Shown: positions 24,563-36,166 of the stretch, piece after piece
How the letters are laid out: every line of letters starts with the position of its first letter
Position numbering within the stretch: position 1 is the first letter of the stretch
Source: Phoronis australis
Taxonomy: Eukaryota; Animalia; Phoronida
NCBI GenBank assembly: GCA_002633005.1
Contig: NMRA01000628.1
Location: 166,359-230,358 of the forward strand
Reading direction: 5' to 3'
DNA: 64,000 bases
Program-made: the position numbers and the translations under genes
The notes under the pieces: generated by a model
Database searches by the model: none
What the model was told of the DNA's origin: nothing
Seen by the model: the letters and a program-made list of their open reading frames with translations, nothing else

Positions 24563-25879
24563 AATATATATTTTAATTTGTATTGGGAATTTCAGGGTCA
24601 CAGCTCGACAAATGAATATTTCACAGAAAGAACCAGATGGGTTCCTTAACTACATGTATAAGAGATAACACACACGTTTACGATACCCAATGTGTAAATG
24701 AGTATCGGATATTAAGTGGCACAGGTTAGCATAGTACCAAATGGTTACATAATACCAAAAGGGTATTGACCGATTGCCCAGCAAGTGGGTCGAGCAAAAC
24801 GGAAAATTCAATAACAAGTACCAAATGGGTACAAACTGCCATATGGGCAAATATCATATAAAGTACCAAACAGCCAACTGGGCTATAACAACATGCAAAG
24901 CAGGTTCCGGACAAGCTGATTTAGCAGACCAGCCGGAGTGATAAAAATAGACATTGTAAGGAACGTGATGTTGCGGCTCAGTATGTTCCACACGGGGTAT
25001 CAAATTGTCTAATTGGGAAAACGAGTGAATGTTCTGTTGCTTGAGGCTGGGCCAACAGGAAGCTGGAGAGAAGAAACAAACAGCGCTACCATCGGACTAG
25101 GTAGGAACTAACTAGGAGTTGCATATGAAGCATGAAGGGCTGTAGAATGTTATTTGCCCAAATAATAGGATTTATATCAGAGTGCCACTTATCGTGTTCT
25201 AGGCAAGCAGTTAGCTTTGGTAAATCTAGGGCTGTGTTCAAGTCGAATAATGCATGGGAATTGGCCTTAATTGCTCCAGTAAGACCTATAAGTTAAGCCA
25301 GCCTTCTGATGACGAACTTCAATTTTTTGTAGTTTCATTGCGTAAAGGTAGCTTTCATCTAATTTTAGACGTAGCATGATCACTAAGCTGTTGTATGGCT
25401 GGTGTAGTGGCAACAAAATGGCCATTTCCAAAAATACTTAAAATTGTTCTTTAAAGCTTCATAAATCCAAGTATCATATTTGAACAACTGCAAAAAGCTG
25501 TCCCTAAACCTGCAGGCATAGTGTATACTAGAGATTCTCAACAAAAAGTAATTCAACTGTTTATTTTTTTCGTGACAACAGCTCGAACGAAGCTTTGAGT
25601 TCAGTAATCTAGTGCCCCTCCCTGCATGTGCCAATCTAATATTTCAATTTTGGAGAGAATTTCAGTTAAACGCCAGCCTATGGGTATATGAACAACAAAA
25701 AATTACCTATGGTACGAAACAAAACGGTATCCATTATAGGTCGAAATGAACGAAAAATTATAAAATTGTCCTTAAAAACAATTTTCGGGGACTACCGTTA
25801 GTGGTGGGATCCAGCAGATGCCGAGACAAAGGCGCCCTGCCGAGTGAAACTCCGAAGTCAAAATCAGATAGGCTTACAC

Positions 25880-26115
25880 TATAGCCACCAAAGTGAAAAG
25901 TACGTATCTTGCGGGAACAAACATATTTGTGTTTAGTTTTCGAGTTATCCAGCAACATTGCCAAGTTTAGCTGCTCGTGTGGCCGTCTACACAGTTTGGA
26001 CCATCGTTTACACAGTCGACATCACTTTTCTACTTAGGGAATGCCCAAAAACGTGACTTGATATTCTTCTCGAGCTGCATAACCGGCTTTCAGAATTACA
26101 CAAGCCGTTTCCCTA
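25880..26115 (-). pseudogene. THAP-domain transposase N-terminal relic
   Basis: Frameshifted GLCNSESR/YAAREEYQ/FWAFPK*/RLCKRWSKLCRRPHEQLNLAMLLDNSKTKHKYVCS..HF keeps the THAP C, FP, W, VCS and HF landmarks. Confidence 0.75.
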
Positions 26116-29100
26116 TTCTTACCACAAATTTCTTGAGCTATAGATTAAAATAAGCTTCACTGACAACGTGTTGTTTGTCGGAGAAAATGGCGTCTCATAA
26201 ACGGTATGTCAAGAATGCTGCGTTGTGATTGGTCAGTTAAGCCGTCAGTCATAATCCTGGAGATAGGTCGATTATTTCTTGTATCTTAGAACCAACGTGA
26301 CCGCTGTGAGCACTGTGAAAAAGTACAGGTGTAATTTGCCAACCTTCTGTTTTGGGTCTAAAATTAGCAAAATCTTCTTTTTGATTGTTAGTACCAGTAT
26401 GCCCATGCCGAAATACCGCAGCGGTACCCAAATTCTGCGGTATTTGCTAATGCCAGTGAAATGTACAATACTTTGTCATTAACTAAGTTGCAATGCTCAC
26501 ATAGAAATGAGATTGTCGTGAACATTTGTTTTATACGTTTAAGGTTAACTAAGTTAAGTATTGGCGGAATAACCATTTGAAAACTAGGTGAGTGCAACGA
26601 GTTTTTCTGCATTCACCAAATCGCCGGGAGAGTTGAATTCGACAAGTTGACAAATAATGTTTGTTGCTTCTAACCTGTAAAGGTAATGTAATACTCTGAG
26701 AGACCCCATCACTGCATCATGGTCATTAATTTCGAAGTGGATCGATAAACGGATTCAGTTCGGTTTGCATTTGTCGAAAAATTGACGTGGCCGATTATGG
26801 GTTAAAATATTGACTTTTGCTTGTTAATTTGTCGCTGAATTTCATCCAATAGGAAACATTCTAAATACAGCACTTTAGCTTACATGGATGAAGCGCAATT
26901 TGTTTCATGAACATTTTGAAACATTGGATGTCTCTGTGTGAATCATATGAATAACCCACCGCACAGCAGTGATAATCTGATGATATCGTGCACTGGTCGT
27001 AAAGAATTTTTAATAATTGCATTGAATCCGTTCAAGAATGCAGAACGGTGTCCGCCAACTAACTTATAGCCACCTAGCAACAAGGCACATTTCCTCATGG
27101 CGCTGGTATAACTCAGAGAAAAATAATTGCACATTTCCGTCACCGTGACTCACATCAAAATCTAGACATATGATAATTACTTGGAGTTCCCTTATTCATT
27201 CCAAGTACAACGATAAATGGAGAAAAGAGTTGGATGCCCAGCAAAGCTCACCTGCACTTCATGGAATGACTGATACTCATTTTACAAAGACCTCAGGTGA
27301 AGAAAGCAAAAATTGTCTAATAAGTGTTTTTTTTTAATTTTTACTGAGATTGTTCAAATAGAAAATTTTGAAGTGTAGCTGTTCTATCTTCCGAAGTCTG
27401 AAGGCTGCTGTAACATGTTTAAACCTATGATAAAGACTTATTTCAATTTAAAAAATCATAATTTTACTTTATAAAATGAGCATTTCCAGATACAAGAAGT
27501 AACATTTTTTAAGTTTAGAGGTAAAGTTTTACCACTGCTAGTGGAAATTGGCCGTTTGTGTATTTCCACACCTGTTGAAGTGAGTTTGTGTGATTTTTTC
27601 TCTAGGTTCAAATATTTTCCTTTGCTCTTGTTTTGTTAACACTGATCTCAGAACAGCATTATCGATTCGTAATGGTTTGTCTTTCCCGGGTGACTTAAGA
27701 CTCAGTCAGTTGGTTTTCTTAATAACAAACACCAATATGAATAAACTTGTTAAAAATGTTCTTTAGAACGTATTTCTTAGGCGAAAAGCGTTGATCTTTA
27801 ATGGCGTCCATGAGTGAAAATGTTGCCCAGATTTTGTTGTATGTTTGTCGGTTATTTTGTTTTTAATGAAATTGTGATTTAAAACCTGAACATACAAGTA
27901 ATTGCGTGGTAATTGCTACTCAACATCTTCATCAATCATAGTTGAGTAAAATCATGCCAGCTCGTTATACATGTACCTTTTATTGACGGCGCAGGTTTTT
28001 GATACGTGGACAGTGCTCTGTATAAAACATGCCGCGTGGCTGGACCGGCATGGCTGAAACTGGCGAAATTCTCCAATGTTGCATCGCCAGAAATGGGTTA
28101 GGTAAAATTGTGAAGATAAAGAGGTATTGTAGGCGACTGTGAGGGTGACTTTGAGGGGTGATTCTGAGAATTGACGGTGACGGAAGATTGTGAGGTGTTG
28201 CCGCGAGGGGTGATTGTGCCGTGTGGATGCATCAGGTGATTCTGAGGGGTAATTTGGCTAACTTCGGAAACACTCCGAAATGGTGAATCGGATTCTTTAA
28301 AATATTTAGATAATATGCTTTGTGCACTGGTCTCAAAAACTATGCTTGAAATTGTTTTTAAAATGTTCCATTTTTGCATAAGAAGCTACAGTGTATCGAA
28401 AGACTTTCACGAAAAAACGTTTAGGAGAGAATATTTGAGAAAATTGTAGCACGGCTTTTTAGATCTCATTTTGAATATTTACATCAAATAAGAGTTGACC
28501 ATGTTAATGGTGGATTTGTTTTGCTGTCAATGTTCTTTTCGTTTTTGCTAAATTTTACAAAAATATCACGTCCACGTGTCCCGATTATTGGTAGATTGGT
28601 AAAAGTGCATCCTGATTTTAGAGCTTTATCCGGTTTAAAATCTATATTTTCTTGATAATTAGCTAAAATACAGACTTGCCAATAAGACCCTACATAAGCC
28701 TAAGAAATTCGACACAGTTTTCACAATGCAGCAAAGAAGCTGTTATATCTCGAAATATGAAAATATTATTTGTGATTTATAATAATGGAATGTTTAATTT
28801 GAAAAAAAATGTTGACTTTGCGACACGCTTTTGCTGCTTAAGTGCTCAATAATAGCGCAGACAGATAAATTTTAGACGTACTTTACATCAAACAAAATGA
28901 CATAAACACATTAACTTAGACATAACTGCCTAGATTGACCAGACACTCCAAAACATACAGTCAATTAAGTTTCCACTGCTTCCTGAATTTTGTGTAGTTA
29001 ATTTTTGTGTTTACTCGTCAATATTATGAGCTATCAATGGTTTTCCTAATATTGATTAATTCTAACAATTTATCCGAAAATGTAGTCTGATCCAGCGGAG

Positions 29101-32100
29101 CAGTCGTGACCTTGATATTTTTTGTAGGGACTGTACTTGCTGGATCAGCCTCAGTGCGGAAACAATCCTCGAATTCCAGGGGTCACGGTCAAACGATATA
29201 CTGGTTGAGCCACATTGGATCCCACTCGATAGATGGCAATATACAAAATCTGACAAAAACAGTGAGAATTTTGATACAAATCAAAAAACGAAATGAATTT
29301 TTTCATAGCTTTGGTCAAAGTTGATAACTTCCCCAAAGGTTATTTTATCCTAAATACAATTTTATTTGCCATAAAACCGGCAATGGACTGTAAAACATAA
29401 AATGACATCGTGTCATGAAAATATTCCGTTTTCAAATGGGCATTTCAATCATCTGGGTGCTTTTCCTTAATCCATTTAAATTCCACAATTTTTGGTGCCA
29501 GAAGTTTTTCTGTTTCAGCGATGCCTCCATATTTTTACAGACATCTTGTAAGAAAAGTATGTGAAAATAGAAAAATCAGCTGCAAATTAAAACTGTGTCA
29601 CACTTTGTTAAAGCTTTATGTTTGACTGCACGTTACCTATACAAGTAAAAGCCAACGTTAGAGCCCGCAGATGTAACCCACTGCTCGTCGTTACTGAACG
29701 GCAACTCGTGAAATGCGACTTGTCGAAAATCTCAGTTCGCCAAAGGAAAACTGAGGTCGAGACAAAACTGACCGAAAGAAAAGAAAAAAACAACCTAGTA
29801 TCGTTGTCGGCACTTTAAAATATTAGGCATACCTTTTCCATTTCTCTTGAAAATATGTACAATTCGGCCTCTAATTCATATAATTAATCCCTCTTGCCAA
29901 CAGTGAACGCCAGCGGTGGAAAACAGTAGAGGTGCGCATTCCCTTGTCCGACGTTGCCCATTTTTGCAGAACAATTCCGACTTCCGTCTTTTTACTTCCT
30001 GTCATCATTTGAGCCCGTGTTTGATGTGTGCTGACTAGTGAGGATGGCAAATGAACTAATTTTACTAACAATTGTGAACCAAAGGTATTTAACCCAGGAA
30101 AAACATCATGAATTTTAGGTTTGGAAGTCACCACAAACTTTGAAAGGAATTTCGTGTGAATTAAATGCCTGGCTTTGCTACTCACTGTGCTGACTTTAGA
30201 TTTTCCCAGGTTTCCAAGCATCATCTGAAGTCGCATTGAACTGACTAGGAGCAACTGAAATAATCAACGCTCTTCCCAAGCATATAAATTGCTCTTCCAG
30301 AGCGTTAAGTCACCACTCTCTTACCTTTTTTGAACTAAAACAGTTGCAATATAACTCCTGGAGTTGCTTCGAGTGACATAATCTCATAAGAACAGAAACT
30401 AACCATCCGTGACTCACAGTTTAACTTGGCCTGCGTTAAAACAATAACGTTATGACGGCTCTTCACAGGAATAGAAAATGGATCCGTTATGTAATTAAGG
30501 AAATGATTTAATAAGGTTATAACAACACGTTGGGCATCTAGTCACAACTTGATTTTTTAAAGAAGACGCCGGTTTATCGTCCCTTTAGTAGGGCCCGACT
30601 GTAGAAGCGTGCAGAAAAAAAAATCATTTTGTGTAGCGTGCATTTTATCTACATGTACGCGTGATGCTCCTGATTTGAAGCAAACGTATACAACGTAGTT
30701 CAGACAAGTGTCAGCGAACACTGACAGATAAAAACCCGATTCTTTGCATTTGTCTTTATTTCTCCAAAGCTTGTATTTGTAACAATTAACAAAATCATGT
30801 TTAGATATTTAAACAACTGATCATTACACCATATTACAAGTTAACAGAACATGACCTCTATTACACAGCCATTCCACGTATAACAACACATCGTACTTTA
30901 ACAACAGAAAGTATCAAAAATAGACTACACTTATATGTACATGTACTCTTGTCCAATTCACTTACATCTACGTGAATAGTTTTTTTATTTTCGGTTAATG
31001 CACGCAATAGACCTGGCTGCTTCTCAAAAAGTCGTTTGTGTTTTGGCTAAAAACCAGTCAATAGATGACTTGCCGAGTTTCATGAAGCCAGGCGAAAGAT
31101 ATAAGTGTCATAAAATATCTACAAGTTCAAGACAAAAGACAGAATTGCGTAGCCAGCCAAAGAGCATATTAAGAGCCTAAGTCAAATAACGAAAACTCAG
31201 CTGTTGTACTTTTATGGTCACACACCTGACTTTTGGGTCACGTGACGGCAATTTCTAGTTACAGATAAAGTCTGATTGTGACGTCACCACACCCGGTACA
31301 TCGTGTGTTAACAAGCAATTTACGACTTATCAATGGGTAATTGAGGTTTTGTTCAGGCGCTCCATGCTTTTTCATCTTAAACAAGATATCGTTTTGGTTC
31401 GTGTCGCGGGTGAAACTATTTCTGCATTTTTAAACAAGGCGAATTAGCGTTCCTAATTACAAAATCAAAAGAATGAGTCGGCAAGACTTCATCGATTACA
31501 CAGACGGGAGATTCGCTTCCGCTGATTCGAGTTCTTCTAGTTTAAATTTAGCGATTTTATCTTAATCTAGTCGGGTCTTTAAACAGAAAGATGTCAACGG
31601 GTATTTAAAATGACTATGACTAGTTTCAGGCATGTTTTCCTGTTTTCCAATGTTTGTTCCCACAGTACAATTACTACATGTAAATTCCTTCACTGTATTA
31701 CTATTACCGTTTTCTTAATTCCTAGTATAATCAAGGGCGCGTTTGCGTAAAAGCAAGATTCTCAGTGTGGTCACGTGGTCACTTGTACGTGTACTGTCAT
31801 GGCAATATCTCGCGAAGACTTGCTCATTCCTCGTACCAAAACGTGCTGTAACGTACGTAGCGCAGAATGGAATGAATCTTACCGTAAATTGTACATCAAG
31901 TCCTGTTTAAACACATTCATCTTGGAAATTTCATTAATAAGCTTGTCTCGTTCTCGGACCCCGCGTTTAACTTTTGATATACTCCACTTACATTTGCAAA
32001 TCTCCTTTCCAGTTAAAAGTGGTTTCAGAGGTTAGAAAGAATGGCAGATAGTTGAGACGACCAGAGCATCAGATGACCATCCGTGACATGACAACACGCT

Positions 32101-32213
32101 TAGCTTGCACTCAAGCAATAACGCCTTGTGAATTCTTCCCAAGCCTAGAAATCACCTCCAATTAGTTAAGGAGTAATCTGAGGCCAATTTCTTGACGGTA
32201 AGTGGTCCAAAGT

Positions 32214-32419
32214 CATGCGCGCACCAAGAGGGACTCCGGGGGGGGGCTCTATTTCGCGAAGTGGGCAAAAAGCTCCGCCACATAGAAAAGAGAACTCCGA
32301 AAAAAGTAGAAAACGATACACAGACCATTAAAAACGCAAGAAGTACCCAAATTTGGCGTTTTTTTAGTAAAAAGTGTACATTCATTTGAACCCCCATTTT
32401 TAGGCTAGGTACGCGCATG
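32214..32419. mobile_element. About 200-260-bp MITE family with CATGCGCG..CGCATG ends; other copies at about 35488-35755, 36258-36430, 51025-51286 and 58298-58540
   Basis: Shared core gaatgtggac..ttttactaa...tttttagtgga...ttttcggag...tttttgcccacttc, in reverse orientation in this copy. No TSD found. Confidence 0.8.
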
Positions 32420-33246
32420 AAATTAACACTTAGTTTATTTGACAGAACTGTGTTTGCCGCCGTTTTAAAGAAGGAATCGCTTCGAAATATCGTCTCAAAT
32501 GCCATGTTGTCAATCAAATGTGTTGCGCGATTTGGTGTTTTTGATAAATTCCTTGCGCCTCAGCCCACTATCCTAGTCCATGCGTCTATGAATTTTAGTA
32601 AGATTACGAGCAATGGCGTCATGTGGCATATATCAGCAGTAACCACAAAACTCTGAAAATAACAGCCCTCATCAACAGTGACAACCAATTGCCAATGTTC
32701 GCCAACTACAATTTTTTTCAGAACATGTCTATGAAACTCAGATTCTTTAAATTCAGCCTTCTGGTATCCATTTAGCAAAAGCACGTTAGTAAGTTTTCGA
32801 GCGTTCTCGCGAGATGCCTTTCTCTCGGCGTGTGGTTTTGCGTGGTCTTGCGCTTTCCAGCCACGAACATTGCTCTAGAGAACGTAACACAGGTAGTCTT
32901 ATAAAAATAAAGGTAAGGCAAATAAGCCGTTAATCACGTACTTAAGCATCTAAATTCAGTTCTGGTGGTGTCATGCAGTAGACAGATGGTGCTTTAAAGA
33001 CATACACTGTAGGACATGTGTCCGATTGCAAATTTGTAACGGGAAACGAAAGCACAGGTAATGTTGACGGTATGTTGTAATAATTGTGACCATTACGGTC
33101 CCTGTTTTCGTATTGTATGCTGAAGCCTGACATCGTTCCAACTCACACTTTGTTCGCTTCTCGTTGTGACAGTAAAGTCTAACATTAATGAGGAGTTCCA
33201 ACAGATCGTCACAACCCGCCACAGCAAATGGAACGTCCTCTTTTGT

Positions 33247-33563
33247 TCAGTACACGATAACAGGAGTAATATCATGCCACCTAGCGGTCTCGAGCGCTCG
33301 TGGCATCAAAGCTTCGTCCCAGTGGGCGATGCCAGCCTTGCTTGTGTTAGGACCTATAGCCACGTGGCCGATGATATCGTCCTTCTTGTAGATTTTCCCC
33401 CTCATCAAAACCAGATCAAATGAATAGCAGCTCATCTCTTTGTCAGATGGTAAGTCGAAGAGGAATGCTTCGTTCCAGACTGGTGAAAAGCCATTTTGGA
33501 AGCGCGTGCTCCTCGAGCGGACAAGTTGTCCCTTCTTTAGAAAATTGATTATGACGTAATGAT
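33247..33563 (-). CDS. Synaptotagmin-family gene, terminal coding exon (rest of C2B)
   Basis: Acceptor ttcttttttcag, phase 1, giving (D)HYVIINFLKKGQLVRSRST..PVWNEAFLFDLP..DDIIGHVAIG..HWDEAL..TARWHDITPVIVY*. Contains the synaptotagmin PxWNEAFxF and C-terminal WH motifs. Confidence 0.93.
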
Positions 33564-34129
33564 CTGAAAAAAGAAATCGGTATATAGATTTAAAATTAAT
33601 CGGGTACGAAAAACAAAGGTCTTGTTCGCAAGAATGCAGGTGACTCGTGTTTGTACAAAATGTTTTTAAAGCTTCTGTAAATTCCTTTAAAAACAAATTC
33701 GAAAATGTCGAAAATCGTCGAAACTTTGGAAAAAATAAATACTTGAAGTGTAAGTTTCACACAAATTGTTTCACGTTTTTGTCTTTACCTCGATAATCCT
33801 CTGAGGATTTTCGACGAATTTCTTCAACTTCGTTGAAAACTAATCTACCTCAATTTGCGGGACGACTTTCACTATCAAGTCGAAGTAAAGTCTCATCACG
33901 GGGCGTCAAATAGTTTCTAATGGCATTTTAGAATTGTAAATTCTTCAGCATCTTCACCACTGACGTTTGAGTTGACATCATAGGTGATTCATCAATAGGC
34001 AAGAATCTTTGTACATCTGACTGTGCATGTACTGCATCTGATGTCATCAGTTTAAAGGCAATAGTTTAGCCAAGCAGTTGAATTTTTAAAGGATGACAAT
34101 TGGCTGTACTCCCAGTACGTTTTGCTAAC

Positions 34130-34280
34130 CTGGTATGACTACGGAAAACTTTTGGCCTCGTTTTGGGAGGTTATCTCCCCTGCGCACCACGACTTTCATT
34201 CGTTGCGCTAAAGGTTGATACTGAAGATGAATGAATAGCTGTCCCAATTCTTGTAACAGGAACTTGTCGGATGTTGACTT
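34130..34280 (-). CDS. Synaptotagmin-family gene, coding exon 2 (start of C2B); not in the ORF track
   Basis: Acceptor tctgtttcag, then 151 nt translating to KSTSDKFLLQELGQLFIHLQYQPLAQRMKVVVRRGDNLPKRGQKFSVVIP plus one G, then donor cag|gttag. Phase 0 in and phase 1 out match both neighbouring exons. Confidence 0.92.
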
Positions 34281-36117
34281 CTGAAACAGATTTAAAACTC
34301 CTTGAAGTTTGTTTCTTTATATCTCTGGCTATCTGCATAATTATACAACCAGTGCAAGAGAAATTCACATGGCATGAGTTTTAGCCAATCAGATACATGC
34401 ATCAGTTATACAGTGTAGCTGTTCTTGACGTAGCCTCGATCCGACCGCCGGTACACAGTCGGCGTCTAAAATACAGCCGCAACAGCCCGTTTCTTATTGC
34501 ATTGACTTCGTTACTTGGGAATTTGCTGCGTTAGATTTAGTCTAAAAACTTGACTTCTTCGCTATGAGTTGAATACTGTAGGTGGTGAAAATATATGCAA
34601 TCTACAGCACAATATTTATGTCAGAGCTGCGCGTTTGCTGCGAACTATCACTAGCGCAGTATACGCGAAAACTAAGGAGCGGCGATTAACGAGCGCTATC
34701 AACTTGGTACATGCAACTTAGTGGCAGATTTGATATCGTCGAGGTGATCATTCCCGTTTTCTTGCTGACTGAGGGAATTAGACTTTGTTGTAAAGTTACT
34801 CAACGTTATTTTTGCATAGGAACCCTTAAGACGACTTGGGAATCGGCTTGTCCTTACCGAGTCTATTCCTGCCCCCTTGACTGAGGCGCATACAAATAGC
34901 GCGGGACTTGGCTTCGGAGATCCATCATTTGGTCACATAAAGTGCGACCACAAGTTTTTTACTCCACTCATTGAGTGGGACGTTCGACCAAAGGAGTTAA
35001 CATTTTCAGCGGGTGTATTTCGGGTTATTGTCTCGTACACCTCATTTCAGGATCATGGACCAATACGTTAGCGAGTTTGAGACCAGTTTTACTTATTGAA
35101 AGCTTACCCAGCGCTGGCGTGAACTTGAGGTCGGAAATCGACACACAGAAGCCGTTTTAAAAGCTATTTTACGAAATGGGTACGTGGAACACGGCAGGTG
35201 ACATAATTGTATGGAAGACGTTACGAAGAAGTCTTGGAATTAGAGATGCATAAGGACAGTGAATTCTGGCAAACTTAAAAGAGAGGGAGCAACAGTTCTC
35301 ATGTTTAGGGCCCTCTCATCTGCAATGTTGCCTAAAGTAGAGGGTGAAAACGAGCCCAAAGCTGCGTCTCGAAATTCTAGCGTTCGATCCACCAAAACTA
35401 CGGGTGGTTTTGCAGTGGTGAACCCAGTCATTAAGGTAAAAATGAACTATATTCATGACGCTATCGTGCGCAATTAAGAAATCTAACCATGCGCGCACCC
35501 ACTTTAAAAATGAGGGACTCGAATTTATGAGAATGTGGACCTTTTACTAAGATTCCTGGTGTACGTTCAGAGCCATGAATTGCGCATGCGCCGAATTTTG
35601 TTAGTTCCTACCTTTTTAGTGGATCTTTGTTTCGTTTTTTACTTTTTTCGGAGTTTTTGTTTATCTGAGGCGAGACTTTTTGCCCACTTCTCCTACAGTG
35701 TACGTCATCGGGATCTTGCCCACAACATGACCTAATCAGCGACGGTGCACGGCATTTAATTAATAAATGGATTTTACGGTAGATAACGAACTCGTTACCA
35801 GAATCTTTAAGTGTCGGCTACTGCTGTATGGTGACTGTCAAACACACATCTTTCAATTGTGTATTACTTTAACTGTTTTCAAGCAATGTAGACTATTGTC
35901 TGTATGTCTTATTTCACAGGTCATTTCCTCAAAACGGGATCTATAATCAGAGTGGTTGGAATTTAGGATGCTTTAGAAGGAGAATATGACACCAACATAT
36001 TCATTATAAATGATGTACGTCCATTAATACATGTATTTATCTAAGCGTCATCATAGATACATGTACATCAGGGTTCAAAGTCAAATAGTTAAAACTGACT
36101 TGCGAGATACACCATTG

Positions 36118-36118
36118 C

Positions 36119-36156
<38 letters not shown>

Positions 36157-36166
36157 AAACAACAAC
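36118..36166 (+). repeat. (CAA)n microsatellite
   Basis: Direct reading. Confidence 0.95.

Larger units (their letters stand above)
21741..25190 (+). repeat. About 880-bp tandem duplication; second copy split by the LINE and internally deleted
   Basis: 21741-22620 aligns to 22621-22667 plus 24577-25190 (for example taccaaatgggtacaaactgcca and gcttgaggctgggccaacaggaagctggagagaag occur in both). About 22170-22420 is missing from copy 2. Confidence 0.9.
21176..26273. mobile_element. Decayed ISL2EU/Harbinger-type DNA transposon with convergent SWIM and THAP gene relics
   Basis: Imperfect terminal IRs aattgatctatcgcaag (21176-21192) and ctggagataggtcgatt (26257-26273), matching at 13/17. Inward-facing gene relics at each end. 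Confidence 0.7.

Noticed and set aside
34857-35160. Alternative candidate for the C2B first exon (PALGKLSI, donor gtaag at about 34857)
   Set aside because: In-frame stops. Exon 34280-34130 fits motif and phase far better.
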